A DNA stretch of 63,003 nucleotides, counting the filler, from Octopus bimaculoides (taxonomy: Eukaryota), in assembly GCF_001194135.2 (NCBI RefSeq). It is 7 parts of 6 records of this genome, joined end to end, with 100 filler letters (N's around TTAATTAATTAA, not from the genome) between each part and the next. Parts side by side here need not be neighbours in the genome. Positions count along the whole stretch, not along the records: positions 29,502 to 49,280 come from NC_068988.1; 6 more parts are not named here. The stretch is one strand, 5' to 3'. Both the position numbers and the translations under genes were made by a program. The notes under the pieces were generated by a model, which was not told the DNA's origin, made no database searches, and saw only the letters and a program-made list of their open reading frames with translations. Shown in pieces: positions 37,593 to 49,380 of this stretch; the stretch's first letter is position 1; each line of letters opens with the position of its first letter.

Positions 37593-39462
37593 TCTCTTGA
37601 TCTAGTAGTGACATGGATATTCTTTGAAAGATCTATCTTAGTCGTAATGTGCAGATGATCAGTTGTCAAGGTGGTGAGCTGGCAGAATCATTAGCATGCT
37701 GGGCAAAAATGCTTAGAAGCATCCATCTTTACATTCGTTCTGAGTTCAAATTCTACCAAGATCAATTTTACCTTTCATCCTTTCAGGGTCAATAAAATAA
37801 GTACCATTTGAGTACCAGTTGAGTACTGGGGGTGGGGGGGGCGGTCAATATAATCAACTTCCCCTCTACAGAAATTGTTGGCTTTGTGCCCAAATTTGAA
37901 ACTAATATAAAAGCAGTTGATTACTGCAACCAACATTTCAAATATGAAACAAAGGATTCTAATTTTAGTACATAATAGATTCTGTACGCTTCTCTTACTT
38001 TTCCTATGAATTTGATTAATATTTTACTTCTGATCAATATATCTGGTTTAATGAATCAGGCAATATACAAATATTACTGAATGTCTAGAGATAGTCTCTA
38101 ATCAATATTAACAAATTGGACTCTGTTGATTCAACTTGAAATGCTGGTAGTTCTTTGCAATACTTAACAGAAGAATTTGCTTTATAATTTGAATATTTTT
38201 TCCTGAAACTTAATTGCATTTTGTGTGACAGTTCTTGAAAATGTTTAAGACAATCCCTCCTTGTATATCACTGAATGAAATAATAATGTATGGTCTGAAT
38301 TTTGTATATATCCCAATGTTATTAGACCAAAGTGTTTTCTATTTTTATCGCTACCTTTATGAAGGGATATAGATCATTCAGTTTGTTTAATGCATTAACT
38401 TTAGTTACATATCTGCCTGTCCCATCCCAAATGTATTTTAAATTCAACACTTTTTAGTCTCAGCTCTCATAATATCCAAGCTGTAGACAGTTCTTAATAA
38501 AATTTTGTGTAAAATTATTAAAAAAACTGCTGAAATTTTGATGATTTAATATCTTAAACAATCTTAATAATTTAATGTTACTCTGTTATTCTGTTATTTG
38601 TTTCAGACTGCAGCCATGCTGGAGCACCACCTTAAAGGGTTTTAGTTGAAGAAATCAAACCCAGGATTTATTCTTTGTAAGAGCCTAGTACTTATTCTAT
38701 CAGTCTCTTTTGCCAAACCACTATGCTATGGGGATGTAAAAACACCAAAATCAGTTGTCAAGTGATGGTGGGNNNNNNNNNNCTCAGAAATAATATATTT
38801 TATCGTAATTTTTTTTAGTATATTTTTTTTCATATTTACCTTTCTGGATGTGAATATATATTTTTAGAATGGTGAAGGCACATAGCTCAGTGGTTAGAGC
38901 GCCAGGCTTACAATCATGAGGTAGTGAGTTTGATTCCCAGACCGAGCTGTGAGTTGTGTTCTTGAGCAAGACACTTTGTTTCACGTTGCTCCAGTTCATT
39001 TAGCTGTAGAAATGAGTTTCGACATCACTGGTACCAAGCTGTATCAGCCTTTAACTTTCTCTTGGATAACATTAGGGGCATGGAGAGGGGAGGCTGGTAT
39101 GCATGGGCAACTGATCGTCTTCCAAAAACAATCTTGCCCAGACTCATGCCTTGGAGGGTAACTTTCTAGGTGTAATCCCATAGCCATTCATGACCAAAGA
39201 GGTCCTTTTATTGTTAGAATGACAGGGTAGGTGTGAGAGGCCAAATCTGGCTGGTTTGAACATAAAAAACAGGTAGAATATTTGGGCCAGATATGGCTTG
39301 TTTAAATGCTAAAGGGTTAAAATCCTGATTACATTTACCTAATTTAACTGCCATATACAGTGATGTTTGCTTAATATCAGCTCTGTGTTGTCTAAATGTG
39401 TATTGAAGATAGGTGAGTATAGAGATTTCATTTAAAATTACAATGCTATTATGAAGGCCCAT

Positions 39463-39490
39463 GGGTTAGGGTTAGGGTTAGGGTTAGGGT
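39463..39490 (+). repeat. (TTAGGG)4 interstitial telomere-like repeat inside a SINE head
   Basis: gggttagggttagggttagggttagggt replaces the SINE segment ..ctcagtggttagggt... Confidence 0.9.
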
Positions 39491-39939
39491 ATTCAGTTCA
39501 TGATCAAAAGATCATGAGTTCTATTCCCAGCGACATGTTGTGTCCTTGAGCAGGACACTTTATTTCACATTGCTCCAGTCCACTCAGCTGGCAAAAATGA
39601 GTTGTACCTGTGTTTCAAAGGGTCAGCCTTGTCACACTCTGTGTCATGCTGACTCTCCTTAAGAACTATGTTAAGGGTACACAACACATGCCTGTGGAGT
39701 GCTCAGCCACTTGCATGTTAATTTCATGAGCAGGCTGTTTTATTGACTGGATCAACTGGGACCCTTGTCGTCAAACTGACGGCGTGCCAGTCACAATGTT
39801 ATTTGACATAGATTCCTGTCATATCTCAGTTCAGCCTTAAGAAAGAGGTCAAAATGTAGGCTTTCTACAAACGATTTCTTTCTAGAATATTCTATAAATC
39901 TTTTGACTTGTAAAACAAATGGACAGCAGTAAGCCTTAG

Positions 39940-40140
39940 CATCTGCCTTCCATGCTGGCATGGGTGAAACGGTTTGACCGGAACTGGTAATCTGGAGAGC
40001 TGCACCAGGTTCCAGTCTGATTTGGCATGGTTTCTATGGCTGGACGCCCTTCCTAATGCCAACCACTCCAAGAGTGTAATGGGTGCTTTTTACATGTCAC
40101 TGGCATGGGTGCCTGTTACATGTTATTAGCATTGGCCACA
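39940..40140. repeat. RTE-associated short interspersed repeat
   Basis: tttctatggctggacgcccttcctaatgccaacc motif, recognised from RTE-type repeats; single copy in the window. Confidence 0.45.
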
Positions 40141-40374
40141 TAATTGTATTTCCAAATATGGATTTGTTGGTTAGACAGCACCATATTTCCATAGAGAAAA
40201 TTTTGAGTTCAATTGGTGCTGGCATGGCTGTGTAGTTAAGAAGTTTTCTTCCTAACCACGTGGTTGTGGTTATGGGTTCAGTCCTACAGCATGATACCTT
40301 GGGTAAGTGTCTTCTGCTGTGGCCCTGTGTAGACCAAGCTTAGTGACTTAGATTGGTAAATGGAAACTGAAACT

Positions 40375-40560
40375 CCCCTGGCATCGTAAGTGGGTTACTG
40401 TACACAATTTCTGCAGAAGAAGTGTCGAGGTCTCCCTTTGGGGTGGTGTAGATTCCCAGCATCACCCATGGAAGTTGGTCAATCCAGTTGGGTCCGTTAA
40501 GTCTAGTTGTGAGGAATTCCTTCAAGCAGCGGTGAAATCTCTCCACTGTGTGGGAGAGTT
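40375..40560 (-). mobile_element. Ty3/Gypsy integrase fragment
   Basis: VERFHRCLKEFLTTRLNGPNWIDQLPWVMLGIYTTPKGDLDTSSAEIVYSNPLTMPGEF. Confidence 0.85.
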
Positions 40561-41180
40561 TAAAAAAAATATATACTGGAGTTGATTCGTTCAACTAAAA
40601 GTCTTGAAGGCGGTGCCTCAACATGACCGCAGTCTAGTGACTGAAAACTGTAAAAGATAAAAGATATATTTGTATAAATATAGGTATGTGTTTGTGTGTA
40701 TGCTTGTATGTGTGTTTGTGAATGCGTATACCTTGTGTGGCAAGCTTAATCTATTGCCCAGTTTAATATCACTACTTGATACTTTGGCAGTCTTAGAGGA
40801 CCTTGTAGAGACTCATTGGTACTGTCTTTCTTTCTGGCTGAAAGATAAAAAGTGTATCTGTGTGGTAAGAAGTTTGTTTCTCAACAACATGGTTCTGGGT
40901 TCAAATCCCATTGCGTGACACCTTACCTTCTACTGTAGGTGCACGTTTCACAAAGCTTTGTGAGTGGACTTGGTTGACAGAAACTGAAAGCAGCCCGTTG
41001 TACACACACATACACACACACACACATGTACACACGCACACACAAATACACAGACATGACAGAAGTAAATAGACACCTCATAAAACATCGTTTTATGTAT
41101 ACTCTGACTTGTAAATGTTTATATTTTTTTTTATTAATTGACAATTTTACATTTCAGGTTCTATATGTGACTGTTTAATC

Positions 41181-41850
41181 ATGCCATATACAAAAGAAGC
41201 CTTGGAACTGTCTGAATTTCAAAGAGGCCATATTGTGGGTTATTCTGAAGGTAGACATTGCGTAAAATCCCACTTTCTACAGTCAATAGAGTGATCGTGC
41301 AGTTCACCAGCGACAGGAAGGAGTCCACATCACCTCACCCAGATCAACCAGGTCCCTCTGACAGGACCCTTCTCTTTGCTAAGAAATGTGTGGAGGATAA
41401 TCCTCATTGCAGGGCCTCTGACATAGCAGAACAAGTTGATGTCAGTCCCAGAACGTCTGTTAAGTATCTCCACAAACTTAGTTACTATGACAGAGTAGCA
41501 AGAAAGAAGCCACTTCTTCGACCAGCCAATATCTAGTGGAGAAAAATTGGGCCAGCGAGATAGTGGAGAGGCCACTAGCATTTTGGAACCTTGTCATATT
41601 TTCTGATGAGTTCAGATTTGCTGTGTTTCCTGACAGTGGTCGAGTGTGGCTCTAGAGACTCTGTGATCAAAGAATTTGATGTGAAAAAATTGCAGCCAAC
41701 AATGAAACATGGCAGCTATTCTGTGATGGTCATAAACTGAGATAAATATATGTTCACATTGCAGAAAGAACTCTTTCCAATCTTCTCCAGTTGTGAAATG
41801 ATTAAAGAAGACTCTTTATTTATGGGAGATGGGGCTCCTTGTCACTTTTT
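41181..41850 (+). mobile_element. Tc1-family transposase remnant
   Basis: ELSEFQRGHIVG...IPLSTVNRV...ARKKPLL...VIFSDE.RF...PTMKHG...DGAPCH. Confidence 0.88.
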
Positions 41851-42127
41851 TTCTTTTCTTTTCCTTTCCTCTTCTCTCTTTTTCCCTCTTTCTTGATTTA
41901 CCCCTGACCTGCCTTCCCTTACTACTATCTAACCTACCTTCATCTAAATTCTCTAACAGGCGACGGTTACTGCAGTGAATTATCTTCTGCAGAATTGTTT
42001 CTGATATTTAGCGCGCCAAAGCTGGGACTTTTGAAAATAACTCCAATGTAATCGGTGAAACTGTACACATGTCTAATTTTATGTGGACAATTCGTATATT
42101 GTCCTGCAAATCATATTGAATTGAACG

Positions 42128-42206
42128 GTCGTACTGATGAGCCACGGATGGGTTGTGTAAGTAAAAATTACATTAATCCATTAATGTGCGAAACCTGGTC
42201 TACGAT
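42128..42206 (+). ncRNA. Type-I hammerhead ribozyme, fully canonical core, extended stem II
   Basis: gucgua CUGAUGA G...(long hairpin)...C GAAA CC u GG U C| uacgau; all invariant core nucleotides present and GUC triplet. Confidence 0.85.
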
Positions 42207-42363
42207 TAATTCTTTATTTTGTATATTTTCACTTGTCTTGCTCGTTCATGTTCTGGTGTGCGCTGAATTTCCCGAGAGAACATTCTTTTCTTTTATGGTT
42301 TGACCGTAGATGGTCTATCTCTAGCGTAATGGATGTCCACTTAGTGGTCATCCCTTCTCATAT

Positions 42364-42409
<46 letters not shown>

Positions 42410-42458
42410 GGATAATAATAATAAATGGAGCAAAACGCATGTCAATAAAAGTTCCTTT

Positions 42459-42549
42459 AATTCCTACACATGTTTCAAGATAAATGAGAGCTCTTTCACA
42501 AAGAAGAAAGAGCTGTTGGGGTTCCTCATATATTTCTCTTCAGGGAGTT
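42459..42549 (-). ncRNA. Type-I hammerhead ribozyme, extended stem II
   Basis: aacucc CUGAAGA gaaauauaugag gaaccccaac AGCUCUUUC uucuuugu GAAAGAGCU cucauuuaucuu GAAAC augu GUA| ggaauu. Confidence 0.75.
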
Positions 42550-43102
42550 CATAATAAAACATGTAATAGCAAGACAAAAGCGAAATNNNNNNNNNNNNNN
42601 NNNNNNNNNNNNNNNNNNNNNNNNNNNNNNNNNNNNNNNNNNNNNNNNNNNNNNNNNNNNNNNNNNNNNNNNNNNNNNNNNNNNNNNNNNNNNNNNNNNN
42701 NNNNNNNNNNNNNNNNNNNNNNNNNNNNNNNNNNNNNNNNNNNNNNNNNNNNNNNNNNNNNNNNNNNNNNNNNNNNNNNNNNNNNNNNNNNNNNNNNNNN
42801 NNNNNNNNNNNNNNNNNNNNNNNNNNNNNNNNNNNNNNNNNNNNNNNNNNNNNNNNNNNNNNNNNNNNNNNNNNNTATATATATATACATATATATGAGA
42901 GGTATTGGTATCCAGAAGATCCAAGATGGCAGGTAAGGCTATGTAAATGCTACAGGAGGACCGAAGTTAGACTCTCAGTTCAATAATAATACAAGTGAGG
43001 AGTCTAATGCGGGTCTTGTGTGAGCATATATATGTTAAATAAAATGAGACAACAAGGCAAAGGATGTGTGGAATTTATAGGACATTTATAAAGAGAAAGG
43101 TA

Positions 43103-43150
43103 GTCCTACAGCTGTTTCTGGGATATTAGGGATATCCCTCCATCAGAGAC
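43103..43150 (-). ncRNA. Atypical hammerhead-like motif
   Basis: gucu CUGAUGGA GGGAUAU cccua AUAUCCC a GAAAC agcu GUA| ggac; palindromic stem III, with one extra nucleotide on each side of stem II. Confidence 0.6.
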
Positions 43151-43769
43151 GATATGAGAGAGTTAACTGAAGGGAAATAGTAGAGTTCAATATGAGAAGT
43201 TATTTTGGAGAAATATGGATATAAGAACTATACAGGGAAATAAGAGAATAACAATAAAAATAAAAATATATGTTGGATGTTACAGTTGCAGTTCCGTTAT
43301 CCAAGGAAATTGCTGTGTAGAATGGGTAGAAATGTTTCTTGTTCATGATAAGTAGATTCCGATAGGAGTTCATATTTTGTTATTACAAATGGATAGTGTG
43401 GAGACATAAATTCCATGTGCTTCTCATTCAAAGGGTGTGAATGAAATTTTGAGAACGTACTGGTAGGGGTAAGTAGATAGGGAGAAGAGAATAGATATGT
43501 ATATTAGGAGGGGAATGGTATTAGTCAAAAGGAAAGAAGAAAGAAAGACAAGAAAATGAAAAAAAAAAAAGAATGCTAGATGGTGGTCAAGATATTGTGA
43601 GGGAGATGGGAGAGGAGAGCTATCAAGATAAAAGGAATAGGGGAGGGATAGAAGGAAGTGATAAGAATGTAAGGAAGGAATATGTGGGAGATGAGGGTGA
43701 TAGTTTGAAAGGCACTAAGGTTGAAAGATATGTAAAGAAAATGGTACGGAGCGGGATGTACTAAAGTGA

Positions 43770-43900
43770 GCAGTGTTTTGCTCATGGCAGCGTCCTTATA
43801 AGCTGTTTGAAGCCGGACAACTGTTTCGGCCACCGTTTTCCTCAGCAGGAAACAGAATTTCACGGAAGCACGCTGTTTCTTCGCTTCAGCCAACGTAAAA
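43770..43900 (-). mobile_element. mariner transposase N-terminal scrap
   Basis: KQRASVKFCFLLRKTVAETVVRLQTAYKDAAMSKT. Confidence 0.8.
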
Positions 43901-43934
43901 ATCGACGAACAGGGATCGTATGGTGGACGGAGAG

Positions 43935-45620
43935 TTACATGCTGGACATTTACATCCCGAACAATTGCGTGCCAGACAATTGCGTCTCTGGACATTTGCG
44001 TTCCTGGGCAAATGCGTACCTCTGGTAATCTTTTATCATAAAAAGAATGTTTTACGTTTACTTCTTAGTACACTTATCTTTTCAGGAGTATACTTTCCAA
44101 CAGTTGCTCGTTATAGCTCGTTAATCAAATAGGTAGTTACCATAATTGTACATCAACACAAAAGGCATATTCTTCTTTTTTAAAAGCGAAAGAAATTTAT
44201 GCTAGCAATTTTTGTTAACTCGAGCAGTGCGAATTGAAAACGTTTGATACATTCGGGATTTTATAATTCAAAGTTTTATTCGAAACCCATGGCTAAGTTT
44301 AGAAAATCTAACACTGGTGAAAAGATATATGTTTATGAGGAAAATTACAGCTACCATTATCATAAGAAAAACTCCGATGAAACAAAAACATACTGGAGAT
44401 ATGTAGAGCGATCTTACAAAGCAAGAATACATACAGTGAATGACTCAGTCCCGATACGATATAATGAACATAACTATGGATCCTCAGCTGCTAAAGTTAG
44501 AGCATAAGAAGTTATGCCTGAGTTAAAAACTACTTCAATTTCAGTACGCGAACCAGCAAGAAGTCTTAGTGGAGCTATGATCACTAATGGAGATCAGTTT
44601 TCAATTACCCACCTGCCCTCTTTACCATCAATGGGAAGAAATGTACATCGATGGAGACAAAAAACACAAAACGTACCACCAATTCCACAGCAAAGGGATA
44701 ATTTCAAGAAACCAGAATTCTATTGTTTTCTTGCAACTGGAGAGAAATTCCTTGCATTTGATTCTAGCATCGATGGCGAGAATAAAATACTAATATTTGC
44801 GACGGAAGATGGCTTAGAAGATTTGATAAATTTTCCTAAATGGGCTGTAGATGGTACCTTTAAAGTCAGTCCATCAATATATTATCTACTGTATTATATC
44901 TATATACAAGAAAGTACATTTAGCATTCCCAGAATTTTTTCCCTTCTTCCAGGTAAGGCAAAGGAAACATATGTTTGTCTATTCACATTTTTGTTGCAAC
45001 TCAAACCGCAACTTAATTCAAAATCTTTGCTGACAGACTTTGAAATAGGAGCCCAGAAAGGTTTTGTAGAAAAGCTTTTAAAAGTAACAATAAGTTCACG
45101 TCTCTTTCATTTATCGAAGTCTATTCTTAAAAAAACCTGCAATCTAGGATTAAGACAATGGTAGAGAGAAGATGAAGTATTCAATTTGAAAATTAGATGT
45201 TTTTCCGCATTATCATTTCTTTCTTTAATTGACGTTGTCGACGGTTTTATTGACTTGCCCGATGATTGTGATTTGCCTCCAGAATTTACCGCCTATTTTG
45301 AAATGGCATACATTGGCCAAGCAAGAGGCCGAAGAGGGATAGGGACGGAATCAATTTTTTCTATCGAGTCTTGGAATGTTCGAGAAAGGATTATAAATAA
45401 GTTGCTTAGATCTAAGAACAGTTTAAAGGGATTGCACAATACTTTGCAACATTCATTATCGTGACAACACATCTCTATTTGGAAATTGATTGAGACACTG
45501 AAAAAGGAGGAGGCTATTGCCTTAAAGAAAAACGGACTTTCAAAGAGGAATTCTAGAACGACAAAAAAATAAACTTGCAACTAAGAGAATCATGGTGTTA
45601 CTAGTTAAGTATACTCCTGA
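43935..45620 (+). mobile_element. FLYWCH-containing MULE (Mutator-like) transposon, decayed
   Basis: FLYWCH-like YHYHKK...YWR.V...KARIHT...HN; MULE motifs WAVDGTFK, LLPGKAKETY, LTDFE, FHL, NS.KGLHN; degenerate 15-16-bp subterminal repeats (ggacaattgcgt) at 43950-44020; right TIR not found. Confidence 0.88.
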
Positions 45621-45927
45621 AAACAAGATAAATTTCTTGAAAGGAATACCTCACAACATTCACACCTTTTGATTTATTTGTGAAACTAAATAATTTTTAA
45701 ATCTTGAAATATTTTTTAATATTGTCAATCTGGTTTCGTTTTTTAAACAAAAAGAAACTTGTAAATTTTAAACGTAAGGACCTACGAACATCAAATTGTC
45801 TTTAAATTAAGTGGCAGCAGAAGAATTATAGTTGAACTTTTAAAAGGTAGGCTTAAATATTAATGCAATACTTGAATGCAGCGATCAATTTTCAATTATT
45901 CTATAGTTTATTGTTGCCTATCGCAGT

Positions 45928-47218
45928 ATGCCTCGTAAAAATAAATCTCCGCCAACAGAGAACCAGATTGCAATCAAAAGAGCCAAGGCTGCAGCGAGGA
46001 AAAAAAGTCCCGTGCAAATGAAAACTAAAATCAAACGGCAGCCAGGAGAGCTTCCAATACTGAGAATATGCAAATATTTAGGGACTCTCAAACTTCTGAT
46101 CATGCTGCTTTCAGGAGAGCACCAAATCCTTTTACCAAGAGGAGAGAAAGAGCATTAGAAACACCTAGGAACTCCAGCTGATGAAATCAATGCTTACCTG
46201 AAAAATTCTTACATCTGGAGCCATGTTCAAAGACTCAGCCTAAAAACAAACATGGGAGTTAGAACCACAGGTGACCTCGAAGCAGGAAGATTTGCTGCTT
46301 TTCTGTTTCAGCTTGGTAATGGAACCATTAAAATGGACCAAAATGGAGATATTTCACTCCCAAATGGTTGTGGAGTTTCAGTCTCAGGTATCCAAGACTT
46401 GATTAACCATGTTTATCCTAACATTAAACGCCACTTCATGGATTCAAACTGGCTTTATGAGAGGGCCATATTAGCCCCCAAGAATCAAACTGTGGATAGC
46501 ATCAATTTGAAACTTCTCCAGGAAATTCCAAAAGAAAGCATGGAATACTTTTCCATCGAAACTGTGGTTGAACAAGAGCAGGCAGTGAATTATCCAATAG
46601 CGTTCCTGAACTCATTGAATCCCTCCTGGAATGTCATCATACAAGATGGAACTAAAAGAAAACGAATCAGTTATGCTATTGAGAAATCTGGATCCTCCAA
46701 AGCTTTGTAATGGAACAAGGTTAATTGACAAGAAGATGCTTCCTCATCTCTTGGAAGCAGAGATTCTTACTGGTTCAGGGAAGGAGTATAGAGTTTTAAT
46801 TCCAAGAATTCCTTAATTCCTCTAGATCTTCCTTTTGAGTTCAAAAGACTTCAATTTCCAGTGAGAGTGAGCTATGCAATGTCAGTCGATAAGTCCCAAA
46901 GACAATCATTGAAAGTAACTGGGCTTTATCTGATGGAACCCTGTTTTTCTCACTGCCAGCTCTATGTTGGCTGTTCAAGGGCTGGGAATGGAAACACGCT
47001 ATTTGTACTGACCCCGAATGGGAAGACAAAAAATGTTTATCATGCAGCTTTGCAATCATTGTTTTTTTGGAAACTTTTACTTGAAAAATATTGTTAAATT
47101 TTAATAAAATTTAGTATGTACTCAATGTATGAAGTGTCATTGTTGGACCCAAGGCTCAATCAAGAACCTTTCGCAGGAGCTAGCTTAAAACCGCCTAATA
47201 GAGCGGCTTTTAAGCTAA
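45928..47218 (+). mobile_element. Internally deleted Helitron (Pif1 helicase C-terminus plus 3' hairpin)
   Basis: LSLKTNM.V, RAILAPKN, FLNSLNPS, VMLLRNLDPPKLCNGTRL, RIP..P.DLPFEFKRLQFPVRVSYAMS..KSQ, CFSH.QLYVGCSR; terminal hairpin agcttaaaaccgc/gcggcttttaagct followed by CTAA. Confidence 0.92.
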
Positions 47219-47222
47219 TATA

Positions 47223-49197
47223 ATGTAAATAATGTATATAATTCCTCATCTCTTAAATATAGGACTGTATTATCTTATCGGTACGGAGCCGACATTAGAC
47301 TTCAATGGAGATATATACAGAAACTCCATGAAAAATTATCTCGTCTTTCAAACCATCTAATTTTGATGTAGACTCAAAGCTAATACCACCTGGCTTGAAT
47401 ATAATGACACCAGTAGATTCATATAAAGCTAGAAGAGTAGCGGAAAGGGCAGGATATGCCCTCGTCCATGAAAGGATCCATTACAACCGTTGGAAAAAAA
47501 ATCAACTAAATAACGAAATCAAAGAGAGGTTATCTTCATTAATTAGGAAAATAACCAGAAATGATGATAGAAAGAGAATCCAACAAGATCTGGAAAAGTC
47601 GTACATGAAAGAATTTGAAATGGTGAAGACATGCCAGATTAAGAAGTTTATGAAACTCAAAGGTCAGAGAATGAAGACTGAAGTCCGTCATCCACCTGTG
47701 AAAGCAGTAATTAATGTAAGTAGCCGACGTCTAGAAAGCTTTGAAGAAGCCGTACTAAACAAAGGTCTCAACTTTGCGACAACCATCAAGCGCATTCCAT
47801 ACTTGCACATAATAGCCCTTACTGAAGAGATAGCCGTAAAGACATCAAAAGCTCAAGGAGATGAACTAAGGTGGAAAGTGAGACAGGTACTAGAAAAAGC
47901 GAAACTTCTCAAACCAAACATCACTAAGGAAGAAAAGGTCGTTAGTTACAATTCCATCATAATATTTCCAGTGGACAAGGGAAATGCTACAGTGGTGATG
48001 AACAAGTTTGACTACTCGAAAAAGATAGGCAAGTCTTATAAGTCATGGTTGATACAGCAAAGTGAAGAAGTGATATGAAAACTGAGAGGAAGTTGTCACA
48101 GATCTTGATCAAGAACAAGGATCACTTTACACCAACGAAGTACAAACAACTAACTCAACACTACAGTAAACTACCAGACATGTATGGTCTCCCTAAGATT
48201 CACAAGGATGGTATTCCACTAAGACCTATAGTGGGCTGTAGAGGTTCAGCATGTCATCCACTGAGCCGCTTCTTGGTGGATATAATCAGTCCATTAGCAT
48301 GAAAGTCAACATCGTTCGTGAAGAATTCCACCCACATCACAGAATTGATCAAGGATACCCCCATTGAATCCAACCAGATGGTGAGTCTTGATGTGATAAG
48401 CCTGTTCACCAAAGTCCCAACTGGTGAAGCATTATCGGTGATTCAAGAGAAACTAGTGACAGACACCCATCTAAAAGAACGCACTAGTATACCAATATGA
48501 AACTTGTTGGAAATGTCGACCTTCTGTGTAGAAACAACCTACTTCAGTATGGTCACTGGTATATATATCGACAGGGTTATGGGTTCGCCATTATCACCGA
48601 TAATAGCCAATATATACATGGAATACTTTGAGAATTTGGCTTTAGGATCAACACCACTAAAACCAACCTTATGGCTGCGATATGTTGATGACATCTTTAT
48701 ACTCTGGCCCCACCAGGAAGATGTCCAAGTGCTGTTAGATCATGTGAACTCAATAAAGCCATCCATACAGTTCACGATGGAAAAGGAAACAGACAATCAG
48801 CTGGCATTCCTGGACGTATTAATAAGATGCACCAAGTATGGATTCAGGACATCCGTATACCGCAAGCTAACCTTCACTGGATGATACCTCAACTTCAATT
48901 CCCACCATCCATACAGTGTAAAGAGAGGGATTGCTCAGTGCCTAAAACATCGAGCAAAGAATATAAGTAGCAATCCTGATACACACCATGAAGAAATGGT
49001 CAAGCTCAGTAACAATCTGTTAAGCAACAACTACCCCAAAAACATACTGTCCACTCCAATTATGAAGAAAAGAGAGGATGAAACCAATAAACTGTCTACA
49101 GACGAAACGCTGTGTTAACAACAAACAGGATGAGGACAAATATCTGTCAAATGTAAATAATGTACATAATTCCTCATCTCTTAAATATAGAACTGTA
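47223..49197 (+). mobile_element. Penelope-like element with RT, deleted GIY-YIG and 47-bp terminal direct repeats
   Basis: DKGNATVVM, YGLPKIHK, PLRPIV, SLDVISLFTKVP, MGSPLSPIIANIYME, WLRYVDD, FLDV, YRK; direct repeats 47223-47269 and 49151-49197 (2 mismatches). Confidence 0.92.
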
Positions 49198-49380
49198 ATA
49201 TATATATATATATATATAGTTGAAAAGTTGAAATTTACAGAAAAAACAAGACGATGACAGGTGTATAAACAATAAGCAGGNNNNNNNNNNNNNNNNNNNN
49301 NNNNNNNNNNNNNNNNNNNNNNNNTTAATTAATTAANNNNNNNNNNNNNNNNNNNNNNNNNNNNNNNNNNNNNNNNNNNN

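Noticed and set aside
49098-49155. gacGAAACgctgtg and ggatgaggaca...tgtcaaa fragments in the Penelope terminal repeat
   Set aside because: Suggestive of hammerhead halves, but no complete core can be assembled.
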